The notes beneath the pieces are model-generated. The model did no database searches. It had not been told where the DNA came from and was given only the letters and a program-made list of their open reading frames with translations. Both the position numbers and the translations under genes were made by a program. A stretch of 64,000 bases of DNA from Eledone cirrhosa (taxonomy: Eukaryota). Each line of letters opens with the position of its first letter. The first letter of the stretch is position 1. Shown in pieces: positions 1-11,100 of the stretch. The DNA lies in assembly GCA_964016885.1 (NCBI GenBank), contig OZ024752.1, positions 18,414,001-18,478,000 on the forward strand. Direction: 5' to 3'.

Positions 1-186
1 TATGCTTGAAATTCTTTGAAAAAATTTTTTTAAATATATATATTTGAATTTGCAAAATGATTTCATTTGATGACAAAAACAAAAAAAAAATGTTCTGTTA
101 ACTGAATAATTTTATGAAAATAAAATATATTTTGCTTAAATATATTTTGCTAAAATATATTTTGCTATCTCTTTTGTATTGCAAAT

Positions 187-333
187 GGGTGGTGGATTGG
201 CAGTGTCGGTAGTGTCGGACACCCTGCTTTACAGCAGAGGGTTGCGACCCTTTATATTTTGAGTTCGAATCCCGCAGAGGTCAGCTTTGCCTTTCATTCT
301 TACGGTGGTCAATAAAATAAAGTACCTGTAATG
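187..333 (+). mobile_element. tRNA-derived SINE (family with GCCTTTCATCCTTACGGGGTCGATAAAATAAAGTACCAG core)
   Basis: A-box-like TGGCAGTGTCGG and B-box GAGTTCGAATCCC, followed by the core shared with copies at 33442, 39012, 42434, 43022 and 53665. Confidence 0.8.
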
Positions 334-929
334 ACAATTACATTTTTAAAATTTTTTTTTATTGCTATTGTGTATATTCCTTATTGTCTTGTTTTAATTT
401 GGTTATCAATATCACCCCACCATGAATATATATATAAATATCATCGTCATTATCATGATATATATATATGTAGATATTGTTATTATAGACTATTCTAGAA
501 TCTAACTAACTTTTCTCTTTCAGAATTTTGTTTTGTCCATACTTTTTTGTTATTTATTATTTCTCTCACGTTTGAAAATATGCTCACACTCCTAAAGTTA
601 CCCATTTCCTTCCAGCCCACCCCACTCACCACCGTAGTTATTTAGTCCAATCAAAACTCAGCGGTTTCTAACACAAATCTCTATCACAAAGCCACCGCTT
701 TGGCTATTACTCCTTAAGTTTAGACCTGGTTGTTGTTTGATATGACAAATGGACTACAGAGATGGAGAGTCTGAGCAGTCACAATGACAAAGATAGATTC
801 ACCTCCCATCTATGGACGATCATGCAAGCATTTTTATTTTAGACATAGAAGATGAGCATAATTCCGTCTCCTACACCCCTCGCTGTGCCCCCATCCCATC
901 CCTTCCTCCCTCCCAGTGAAATCCAAAAC

Positions 930-2430
930 TTCAGAGTTGGTACCATGAACGTAGGCACATAGAAAGGTCACTTGAATGTATGGAAGTTGATGTTTGTTGT
1001 GTTCAAGAGACTAGGTGGAGGGGTGGGTCTGCTAGATTCATTGTGAGTAAAAAATGATGTTATAAACTTTTCTGGATGGGTAATGACAACGAGTTGGGTG
1101 GAGTAGGAATTATGTTAGCAGAAAAATGGGTAGATAAGGTAATTGCCGTAAATATAGTGAACGACAGAATAATTAAAATAAGACTAGTTCTAAAGAGAAC
1201 AACTGTGACAATAATATCCGCTTATGCACCTCAATCTGGCCTACTTGACGCTATGAAAGGCATGTTCTATGAGTCGCTAATGCTCACTACTTCCCAAATA
1301 ACTGATAGTGACTATATAATTATTGCTGGTGACCCTAATGAGCATGTTGGACAACATTGTGATGGCTATGACGGAATCCATGTAGGCTATGGGTTTGGTA
1401 CTAGAAATGAGGAAGACTTCAGGATCCTGGAATTCTGTGATGCCAATAACCCAACTATCTGTAACATGAACTTCAAAAAACAAGGAGACAATCACTTGAT
1501 CACCTATAGATCAGGGGAGCACACCAGCCAGATAGATTTTATCCTTACAAGAAGACGTGACTGTCTATTATAAATACTGTCCCTCCCCCATGAAGAATAC
1601 CCCTCCCAACATAGTCTAATAGTTAGTGATCTCATAGTCAGAACTAGATGACAGAGGACAACCTTGAGGAGAAGAATGTGGAAGGACCACACAGCTAGTA
1701 ACACATTTAAAGGTATATTACTTGATGCTTTTGACAGTAAGGAAGAGCAATTAGAGACATACAATATAGAGGAACTGGGAATTCCTGAAAGTTAACCTGC
1801 TGAAGGGGACAGATGAAATCTGTGGCAGGAGCAGACCTTTAGGCAGGGTGAGAGTAACTTGGTGGTGGAACAGTAAGGTGGAGGAGACAAGGCCAAAAAG
1901 CAGGCTTGGAAAGAATGGCGGGATGGGGGAAGTAGAGAACACTATTAGGTGGCTAGGAGAGAAGTTAGGCGACAAGTGTACTTTGCAAGAAGGGAAGCAG
2001 AGGATAGAAAGTTTAAGCATGTTCTACAATGTGAGGCTCAAACACATGAGGTGTTCAGGATTGCAAGACAATGTGTCAAGGAAAACTGATATTGTCGGGG
2101 AGAAGTGTGTCCGTAATGATGATGGTATACTTGCCCTCACTGATACTGATGAGAAGGTAGCTTGGAAGTGTCACTACAAGAGATTACTAAATGTGGAGAA
2201 TGAATGGTATAAAGATAGTCTGCCCCAAATTGATCGAATAGAGGGACAAGCGGTGCAAGTTAATGGTAGTATAATAAGTAAGGCAATCAAAGATATGAAG
2301 GCAGGCAAAGCAGCTGGGCCTTCGGAGATAGTTACTGAAATGTTGAAGGCATCTGGAATGGTGGGACACACTATGGTTACTCGGATGGTAAACCAAGTAA
2401 TACAGGTTGACTTTGAGAAAGCCTTTGACA
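930..2430 (+). mobile_element. Decayed RTE-clade LINE: AP endonuclease plus start of reverse transcriptase, with stops, frameshifts and internal deletion
   Basis: FRVGTMNVGT, CCVQETRW, ISAYAPQ, IIAGDPNEHVG and TSQIDFIL endonuclease motifs (ORF 1076-1573); then MKAGKAAGPSEI joined directly to VDFEKAFD (ORF 1848-2456). Confidence 0.9.
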
Positions 2431-2628
2431 TCCTTATCATATCCTACACTCAATGACGGTAAGAATGACGTCCCGAGTAGTGGTTGTAGTGACCGATGTA
2501 AGGTAATGACTGGTTATGATGGCTATTTCTAAATTACAATATGGTCGATGATATGAGTTCTGACTATAAGGAGAGGACTGCATTTGACCATAACGCCGCT
2601 GGAATGAAAGAAAGAACAAATTGATATA

Positions 2629-3273
2629 CCTATATATTAATACCTACGTACCGTGTGTGTCACACTTTCAGTAATATAAATAAAAGTTGAATGACGTCAG
2701 TGAAACGTGCTAAAACAATGGAAGGAGGGTGGAAAACAATCTACGAAAATCTATGGCGAAAGAAAATCAAAGCGTTGCTACGTTTGGAAAGGAGAGGGAG
2801 AGGGGGTTATAATATATTTAGAGAGAGGGGGTTACAATATATTTAGAGAGAGGGGGTTATAATATAAAGAAAGGGATGGGTTATATATATATACAGAAGG
2901 GGGTTATAATATATATAGAGAGAGGGGGTTGTACTATATATATATAGAGAGGGGGGTTATGCTATATTTAAAGAGAGGGGTTTATAATATAGAGAAAGGG
3001 ATGGGTTATAATATATAGAGAGGAGGGGGTTATAATATATAGAGAGGGGGTTATAATATAGAGAAAGGAGGGTTGAAATATATATAGGGAGAGGGGGTTA
3101 AATATATATATAGAGAGAGGGGTGTTATAATATATAGAGAGGGTGGTTTTAATATATAGAGAAAGGGATAGGTTTATATAGAATGAGGGGGGGGGTTATA
3201 ATATATTTAGAGAGAGAGGGTTATAATATAGAGAGAAGGGGTTATCCGCGAATTTTTTCACGGGTCCTGCTAG
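2629..3273 (+). mobile_element. Non-autonomous Helitron carrying an internal GA/TA-rich minisatellite
   Basis: 5' end A|CCTATATATTAAT (TC variant; same head as the element at 3390). 3' hairpin CCGCGAA..TTCACGG, then CTAG|T at 3270-3274. Confidence 0.65.
2790..3245. repeat. Degenerate ~20-bp minisatellite (GAGAGGGGGTTATAATATATA)n
   Basis: Directly visible tandem units of variable length. Confidence 0.9.
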
Positions 3274-4404
3274 TATATATAAAAGCAACAAAATCAGTAA
3301 ATAACTGAACTACAAGGGGGAAATATGTAAATAAGATCGTTATTTGTTATGTCCTTATGGATAAACGAATACACTGCAACAGTGTAATATCTATATATTA
3401 ATTTCAACAACGTCATTATTCCGTGTGTCATAATTCTCGATTATCATTGGTTCATAGGTTTCAAGCGACTCCGCCCACCTCAACGACGCCAAAACTATCA
3501 ATATGTGTGAGTGCGTGCGTGTGTAAATTTGCGTGCGTGTGCGCGTTTCCATGCGTGTATGTGTGTGGCGTTCCACAATCGCCACGCAGTTTATCTGTCT
3601 ATGTGCCTGTCTGTCAGTCTAACATACACAGAGTTGTGAAGGGAGTAAATAGGGACCTTTTTTTACATTGACAGACATCTTTTATATTTATTATTGTCAT
3701 TTTCTGACAATTTCTCGAAATGAATACTGATAATAAAAGCAATTCGACTTTATCAAACAGTGAACCACAGCGGCGACGGCGTGCAGCCAGAAATGAAGAA
3801 AAACGGGCTGAACAGCGCTATCGGAACGCTGAACTTCAGTTGCCAAGACGTGCCGCCATGAATGAAAAGGAGCTGGCTGAACAACGCCAACGAAACACTG
3901 GAGCCAAGCAGCGACGGCGTGCTGCGATGGTTGAAGACGAACTGGGTGAGCATGATCAGCAGATGGCCAGAATTCAGCAGCAACGGCGTGCTGCGATGGA
4001 TGAAGAGGAGCTGGCTGAACAGCCCCAGCGCAATACAGATGTTCAGAGAATTGTCGCCAAAGTGCTCCTCATTCCAGTAAAGAGGCTAGAAAGCGAACGA
4101 ATGATATTAAAAATGGATCATGGCAACCGTGTCATTTTCAGATTGGTGGACGAGCAGAGTGTCCACATTGTGGAGCATTGCTTTGGAGGCACGAAAAGAC
4201 GTGAACCACAATGTGCTGTCATAAAGGAGCAGTTCAACTAGAACCCTTGCGAATGCCGGATGATGGGGAGTTACCGGAGTTTAAAATACTAAGTATGTGG
4301 GGTGATCAAGGAGACCGAGGTAGATTACTGTGCAAATATTCGCGGAAAATTAACAATTCATTAGCAGAGAGTTAGTGAGATGTTTGAGAGTGGAGCATGG
4401 CAAC

Positions 4405-6344
4405 TGTAGCAGTTGCCTCCCTTTTTGTGACATTCACAACACCATCTAGACAGGAAGTAGAACCCTTTCTGTAACTTCCGGTCAGAACCCTATAAAACTA
4501 ACAACTTTAAGTTCTCCCTATCTCATTTGCCCTTCCGGCGCCTGGCCTTCGCCAGGCGTCTCGCGTTTGCCTGGCAATCAAAACGGTAACTACTAACTTT
4601 GCTTCATTCTATGATCTATTTCTTTGACATTTCAACTATACTGTTAAATTGCTGATTAAATATTATACACACAAACGAAGTCTCCTTGTTACATTCATAC
4701 ACCGCTAGTATATCCGCTATATTGGTGACCCCGACGTGATACGAACACGCAGCCGTTCATTGTTATAAGTGGTCACCCCGAAAAAAGAAAAAAATAGCAG
4801 AATCTGGTTTTGTGTGAGTAACATTACAAATACACAGCAAATTTTATTGACAAACTATGAAAATACGCAGTCAAAGAAACGCACATGTGAAATTTTCGCA
4901 CAGACAGACCTTTTCTCTCACGCATCAACTAACTGTCGCATTTCACGATATATATATGTTTCTCGTTTCTTACAACGAACACCTTCAAAACAAAAAAACA
5001 AAAAAAAAGAAATTTGATATTTTTTTTTTTTTAAAAACATTTCAACAGGAACATTTATTTTCGATGAACCATTGCCTTTTTTTTTTTCATCGTTTTCTTC
5101 ATCGTTCAAGTTTTTTTCCAAAGTTCACACCAATAATAATGCTGAGTAAAGCCTTTCTTTTTCATCATTGTCACTTTCACACTTGCACTATCATTTTCTC
5201 GCGCGTTAGAAATATTATTTTTTCAACCTAACTTAACCTTGTATTGGCACGTGTAGGCAGCACAAATTCTCAACTCACGGAGATATCTCGACTCACAGAG
5301 ATAGCCGCACGCCAGAGATAACGTTTCTCGCTAAGGATTCTTCAGCCTTAAGCTATATTCTCCTATTTGCCGGTTTAAAAATTTACCACGTAAATTTGCC
5401 GTTGAAAACTGCGCATTTATTCAGAATGCTTATTTCTTTGGTCGCTGGCCTCTTGACCATTCCAGGTCAACGCATTCTCAACATCGACCATCAACTTCGG
5501 CTGTTATTTCTAACACTTTGCGCAACTCATTTTTTCCGAAAAATTTTTTTTTACTGTGAATTTAAACACCGAATACGCTCACTCCGCGAGACAACAACAT
5601 CAACAGCAACACAGCTTCACCAACAACCAAAACCAGCAGAACAAGCCAGAGAATTTATTTTTGCAGCACTCTTCCTGTGAGAAAATCCATTCGGAGGTTG
5701 GAAATTTCACGATATACCGTAGAACAGAAACCACCTGCATTCATTCTCTGGAACACACTTCTTTCCTGCTGTCATGTGATTGCACACCTGTGAACTATAT
5801 TTTGTATATTTGAACTTTGAGCTCTTCTCTTACTTTATTACATTGTTTCTTTGGGTGATGGATAGATAGATGTCCAGTCGTTCTCTGGCCAAGAGCGGTT
5901 GGCTACCTTGATATCTATCATTGATTTTTGCAAACATTCTTTTGTCGTAGTTTTCATGCCTGTTACAACATTCTCGCCAACTTGCTACATATTTCATTCG
6001 ATTTTTATATTCTAAAATTCTGGCGGGAGGTTATGTAGCAGTTGCTTCCCTTGTTGTGACATTCACAACACCATCTAGACAGGAAGTAGAACCCTTTCTG
6101 TAACTTCCGGTCAGAACCCTATAAAACTAACAACTTTAAGTTCTCACTCTCTCATTTGCCCTTCCGGCGCCTGGCCTTCGCGTTTGCCTGGCAATCAAAA
6201 CGGTAACTACTAACTTTGCTTCATTCTTTCGTTTATTCATTGACATGTCAACTATACTGTTAAATTGTTGATTAAATATTATACACACAAACGAAGTCTC
6301 CTTGTTACATTCATACACCGCTAGTATATCCGCTATCCGCTATA
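4405..6344 (+). mobile_element. Non-autonomous LTR retrotransposon (Gypsy-like, tRNA-Trp primed)
   Basis: Direct LTRs 4405-4721 and 6034-6344 (TGTAGC...GCTATA); 4-bp TSD CAAC at 4401-4404 and 6345-6348; PBS TGGTGACCCCGACGTGAT from 4723; purine-rich GGCGGGAGG before the 3' LTR; no recognisable coding domain inside. Confidence 0.93.
4723..4754 (+). promoter_or_regulatory. Extended primer-binding site complementary to the tRNA-Trp 3' end
   Basis: TGGTGACCCCGACGTGAT-a-CGAACACGCAGCC is the reverse complement of the eukaryotic tRNA-Trp acceptor stem and T arm (from recalled sequence). Confidence 0.85.
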
Positions 6345-7029
6345 CAACCGAATGTAGTCATTCAAGGCCGTTTGTATCATTGTATCAGTAATTTAGAAGT
6401 TACCCCAGGAGAGAGGCCTCGATTCGCTCAAATTGACGTTAACGATCCTGATTATAGTGAATCGGAGGAGGATATCAGGATCGGTTGGATGAAGTTGCCG
6501 GGAAATATAACTGAACTTGAACGGCAAAGGTTAAGTGATTTGATCCGTGATTTGCTATCACGGCTTAGACAGTGTAATCCTTAGACAGTGTAATCCTTAT
6601 GTTATGGATTTCATGTTGGTGGCTGAACTGCAAAATGTTCAGCAGCAAACATTGGTGATTAAGGCTGACGCAGTGCCAAGGGATCAGCACGAACGGCGAT
6701 ATAATGCCCCTGAAGGATTTCGTGAAGTTGCTGTGTTGACGGACGATAAGCCTGGATCGAGAGATATCGTCCTCAATCGCAGAGATGGTGGTCTCAAGAC
6801 TATCAATGAGTCAAATAGGGCATACGATCCATTGCATTGTGTTCTTTTATTCCCATGTCTACTTGAATGATCCAACATTTAGCCATGGGCAACTGTATGT
6901 TGCTGCATCTCGAATGTGCGATCCTGATGGTATAAAATTTGCAATTGATACTACTAACAGAGGAACGACCCTGAATATTGTCTATAATGAAGCTTTGAGC
7001 TGATGTATGCATATCTTTAATGCTATCAA

Positions 7030-7370
7030 TAAGCGACGTAAATGATTCGGACATTGGTGTCCTTTGATCAGTATTGTGAGCTTTGACAGAGTTATCTTTT
7101 ATGTTCAATGTCATTTAATGTCGTTATGAGCAATAAAAACAAACAAGTATTGGTAAAAATTGCTTTCACTGCTATGTTGCGCAATAAATACCAACAAGTG
7201 TTGGTAGAAATTGCCTTCACTGCTTTGAATATTCGACGTAAAGGATTCAGACATTGGTGTCCTTTGATCAGTATTGTGAGCTTTGACAGAGTTATCATTT
7301 CTGTTCAATGTCATTTATTGTCGATAATGAGCAATAAAAACCAACAAGTATTGGTAGAAATTGCCTTCAA
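7030..7370. repeat. ~200-bp tandem duplication in the Helitron 3' region
   Basis: GACATTGGTGTCCTTTGATCAGTATTGTGAGCTTTGACAGAGTTATC occurs at ~7050 and ~7250. Confidence 0.85.
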
Positions 7371-7767
7371 ATTTATCGCTTCTGATTGCGGTGGTAATAA
7401 AACCTCATCATGTGATGAGTCTGGCAAAAAGGTTGGATCCTATGGCCGGCCAGAGCTAGAGTAATATTGAAAAACGATTATATTTTCGAAGTAGAAGAAT
7501 CCGCCATTTAGAGTCAAACCAGGCCACCTCCCCGAATTGAACTCTGGGCAATATTGACTGTCTATTACTCATTGGCTAAGAGCCTGGAAATTACTGAATA
7601 CATTTTTGTGTCATATAATTTGTTGTTTTATTATTATAGCTGACCACGTATAGATAAGCATGTTATCCATATCCATATTAATTTGGCATTTGTATAAACC
7701 ATTTCAAGTAAATAGGGACCTTTTTTACATTGACGGACATCTTTTATATAAATTATCTATATCTATA

Positions 7768-8114
7768 TCTACATATAATATAAAAGATCGGAACTTCCAT
7801 CATCCTTTTGAAAAACGTGGAACAACCACGTCTATGCAATGATACACGTTTTACAGTCAGGCAGAAGATGAACCATCTCCTAGAGGTCACTATTCTAGGT
7901 GGGAGCACCTAGAATTGTTCATATACTATGCACAAACGGTACAACGAAGAATCTGGTATATCTGGAAGATTTTTTTTACTGTTTATTGTATCACACACAC
8001 ACCACGGACTAGCCTCATACTGTAATCAAACAAACATCCAATACAGTCATTTTCTCTTTTACCTGGCTTCTCTTATCATCTGTTTACCCGGGCGAAGCTG
8101 TTAACGTCAGCTAG
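7768..8114 (+). mobile_element. Short non-autonomous Helitron
   Basis: 5' A|TCTACATATAATATAAAAG; 3' ACCCGGGCGAAGC..CAGCTAG|T terminus typical of animal non-autonomous Helitrons. Confidence 0.75.
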
Positions 8115-8172
8115 TAACAATATAATGGGAAACAAACGTAACGGAACAACAATCTTTTAAGAACCAACAATC

Positions 8173-11100
8173 CAACACACCAACTGTGGAACTAGTACCA
8201 ACTTTGACTATCAACACACAGACTGTGGAACTAGTACCAACTTTGACTATTAACACACCAACTGTCTGTGGAACTAGTACCAACTTTGACGATCGACACA
8301 CGAACTGTGGAACTAGTACCAACTTTGACTATCGACACACGAACTGTGGAACTAGTACAAACTTTGACTATCGACACACGAACTGTGGAACTAGTACCAA
8401 CTTTGACTAACAACACACAGACTGTGGAACTAGTACTAAATTTGACTATCAACACACCAACTGTGGAACTAGTACCAACTTTGAATATCAACACACCAAC
8501 TGTGAAACTAGTACCAACTTTGAATATCAACACACCAACTGTGGAACTAGCACCAACTTTGACTATCAACACACGAACTGTGGAACTAGTACGGACATTG
8601 ACTATCAACACACGAACTGTGGAACTAGTATCAACTCCGACTATTAATACACCAACTGTGGAACTAGTACCAACTTTGACTATCAACACACCAACTGTGG
8701 AACTATTACCAATTTTGACTATCAACACACCAAGTGTGGAACTAGTACCAACTACGACTATCAACACACCATCTGTGGAACTAGTAACAACTTTGACTAT
8801 CAACACACTGTGGAACTAGTACCATCTTTGACTATCAACACACGGACTGTGGAATTAGTACCAACTTTGACTATCAACACACGAACAGTGGCACTAGTAT
8901 CAACTCCGATTATCAACACACCAACTATGGAACTAGTATCAACTTTGACTATCAACACACCAACTGCGGAACTAGTACCTACTTTGACTATCAACACACG
9001 AACTGTGGAACTAGTACGTACTTTGACTATAAACACACGAACTGTGGAACTAGTATCAACTCCGACTATTAATACACCAACTGTGGAACTAGTAGTAAAT
9101 TTGACTATCAACACACCAACTGTGGAACTAGTACCAACTTTGAATATCAACACACCAACTGTGAAACTAGTACCAACTTTGAATATCAACACACCAACTG
9201 TGGAACTAGTACCAACTTTGACTATCAACACACGAACTGTGGAACTAGTACGTACTTTGACTATCAACACACGAACTGTGGAACTAGTATCAACTCCGAC
9301 TATTAATACACCAACTGTGGAACTAGTACCAACTTTGACTATCAACACACCAACTGTGGAACAAGTACGAACTTTGACTATCAACACACCAACTGTGGAA
9401 CTATTACCAATTTTTGACTATAAACACACCAACTATGGAACTAGTACCAACTTTGACTATCAACACACCAACTGTGGAACTAGTGCCAACTTTGACTATC
9501 AACACACCAACTGTGGAACTATTACCAACTTTGACTATCAACACACCAAGTGTGGAACTAGTAACAACTTTGACTATCAACACACTGTGGAACTAGTACC
9601 ATCTTTGACTATCAAAATACTGTGGAACTAGTAGCAACTTTGACTATCAACACACGGACTGTGGAATTAGTACCAAATTTGACTATCAACACACGGACTG
9701 GGGAACTAGTACCAACTTTGACTATCAACACACCAACTATGGAACTAGTAACAACTACGACTATCAACACACCAACTGGGGAACTAGTACCAACTTTGAC
9801 TATCAACACACCAACTGTGGAACTATTACCAACTTTGACTATCAACACACCAAGTGTGGAACTAGTACCAACTTTGACTATAAACACACCAACTGTGGAA
9901 CTAGTACCAACTTTGACTATCAACACACCAACTGTGGAACTAGTACTAACTTTGTCTATCAACACACCAACTGTGGAACTAGTACCAACTTTGACTATCA
10001 ACACACCAACTGTGGAACTAGTACAAACTTTGACTATCAACACACCAACTGTGGAACTAGTACAAACTTTGACTATCAACACACCAACTGCGGAACTAGT
10101 ACCAACTACGACTATCAACACACCATCTGTGGAACTAGTAACAACATTGACTATCAACACACCAACTGTGGAACTAGTACCAACTTTGAATATCAACACA
10201 CGGACTGTGGACCTAGTACCAACTTTGACTATCAACACACCAACTATGGAACTAGTACCAACTTTGACTATATACACACCAACTGAGGAACTAGTACCAA
10301 CTTTGAATATCAACACACCAACTGTGGAACTAGTACCAAATTTGAATATCAACAGGCCAACTGTGGAACTAGTACCAACTTTGACTATCAACACACCAAC
10401 TGTTGAACTAGTACCAACTTTGAATATCAACACACCAACTGTGGAACTGGTACCAACTTTGAATATCAACAGGCCAACTGTGGAACTAGTACCAACTTTG
10501 ACTATCAACACACCAACTGTGGAACTAGTACCAACTTTGACTATTAACACACCAACTGTGGAACTAGTACCAACATTGACTATCAACACACCAACTGTGG
10601 AACTAGTACCAACTTTGAATATCAACACACCAACTGTGGAACTAGTACCAACTTTGAATATCAACACACCAACTGTGGAACTAGTACCCAATTTGACTAT
10701 CAACACACCAACTGTGGAACTAGTACCAACTTTGAATATCAACACACCAACTGTGGAACTAGTACCAACTTTGAATATCAACACACCAACTGTGGAACTA
10801 GTACCAACTTTGACTATCAACACACCAACTGTGGAACTAGTACCAACTTTGAATATCAACACACCAACTGTGGAACTAGTACCAACTTTGACTATCAACA
10901 CACCAACTGTGGAACTGGTACCAACTTTGACTATCAACACACCAACTGTGGAACTAGTACCAACATTGACTATGAACACACCAACTGTGGAACTAGTACC
11001 AACTTTGAATATCAACACACCAACTGTGGAACTAGTACCAACTTTGAATATCAACACACCAACTGTGGAACTAGTACCAACTTTGAATATCAACACACCA

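Larger units (their letters stand above)
3390..7459 (+). mobile_element. Internally deleted Helitron (RepHel pseudogene) interrupted by an LTR element
   Basis: 5' A|TCTATATATTAAT. N-terminal 23-aa charged repeats (3720-4050); CPHCGALLW..E....CCHKGAV zinc motif (~4160-4240); WQPNVVIQGRLYHCIS..PRFAQI; HERRYNAP..EVAVL..RDIVL..AYDPLHCVLLFP; then the Pif1-helicase C-terminus FSHGQLYVAASR..TLNIVYNEAL* ending 7003. The 3' end (CTAG 7456-7459) is tentative. Confidence 0.88.

Noticed and set aside
3720-4241. Stand-alone coiled-coil (trichohyalin-like) host gene
   Set aside because: It is the repetitive N-terminus of the Helitron RepHel, continuing by frameshift into the CxxC..CC motif.
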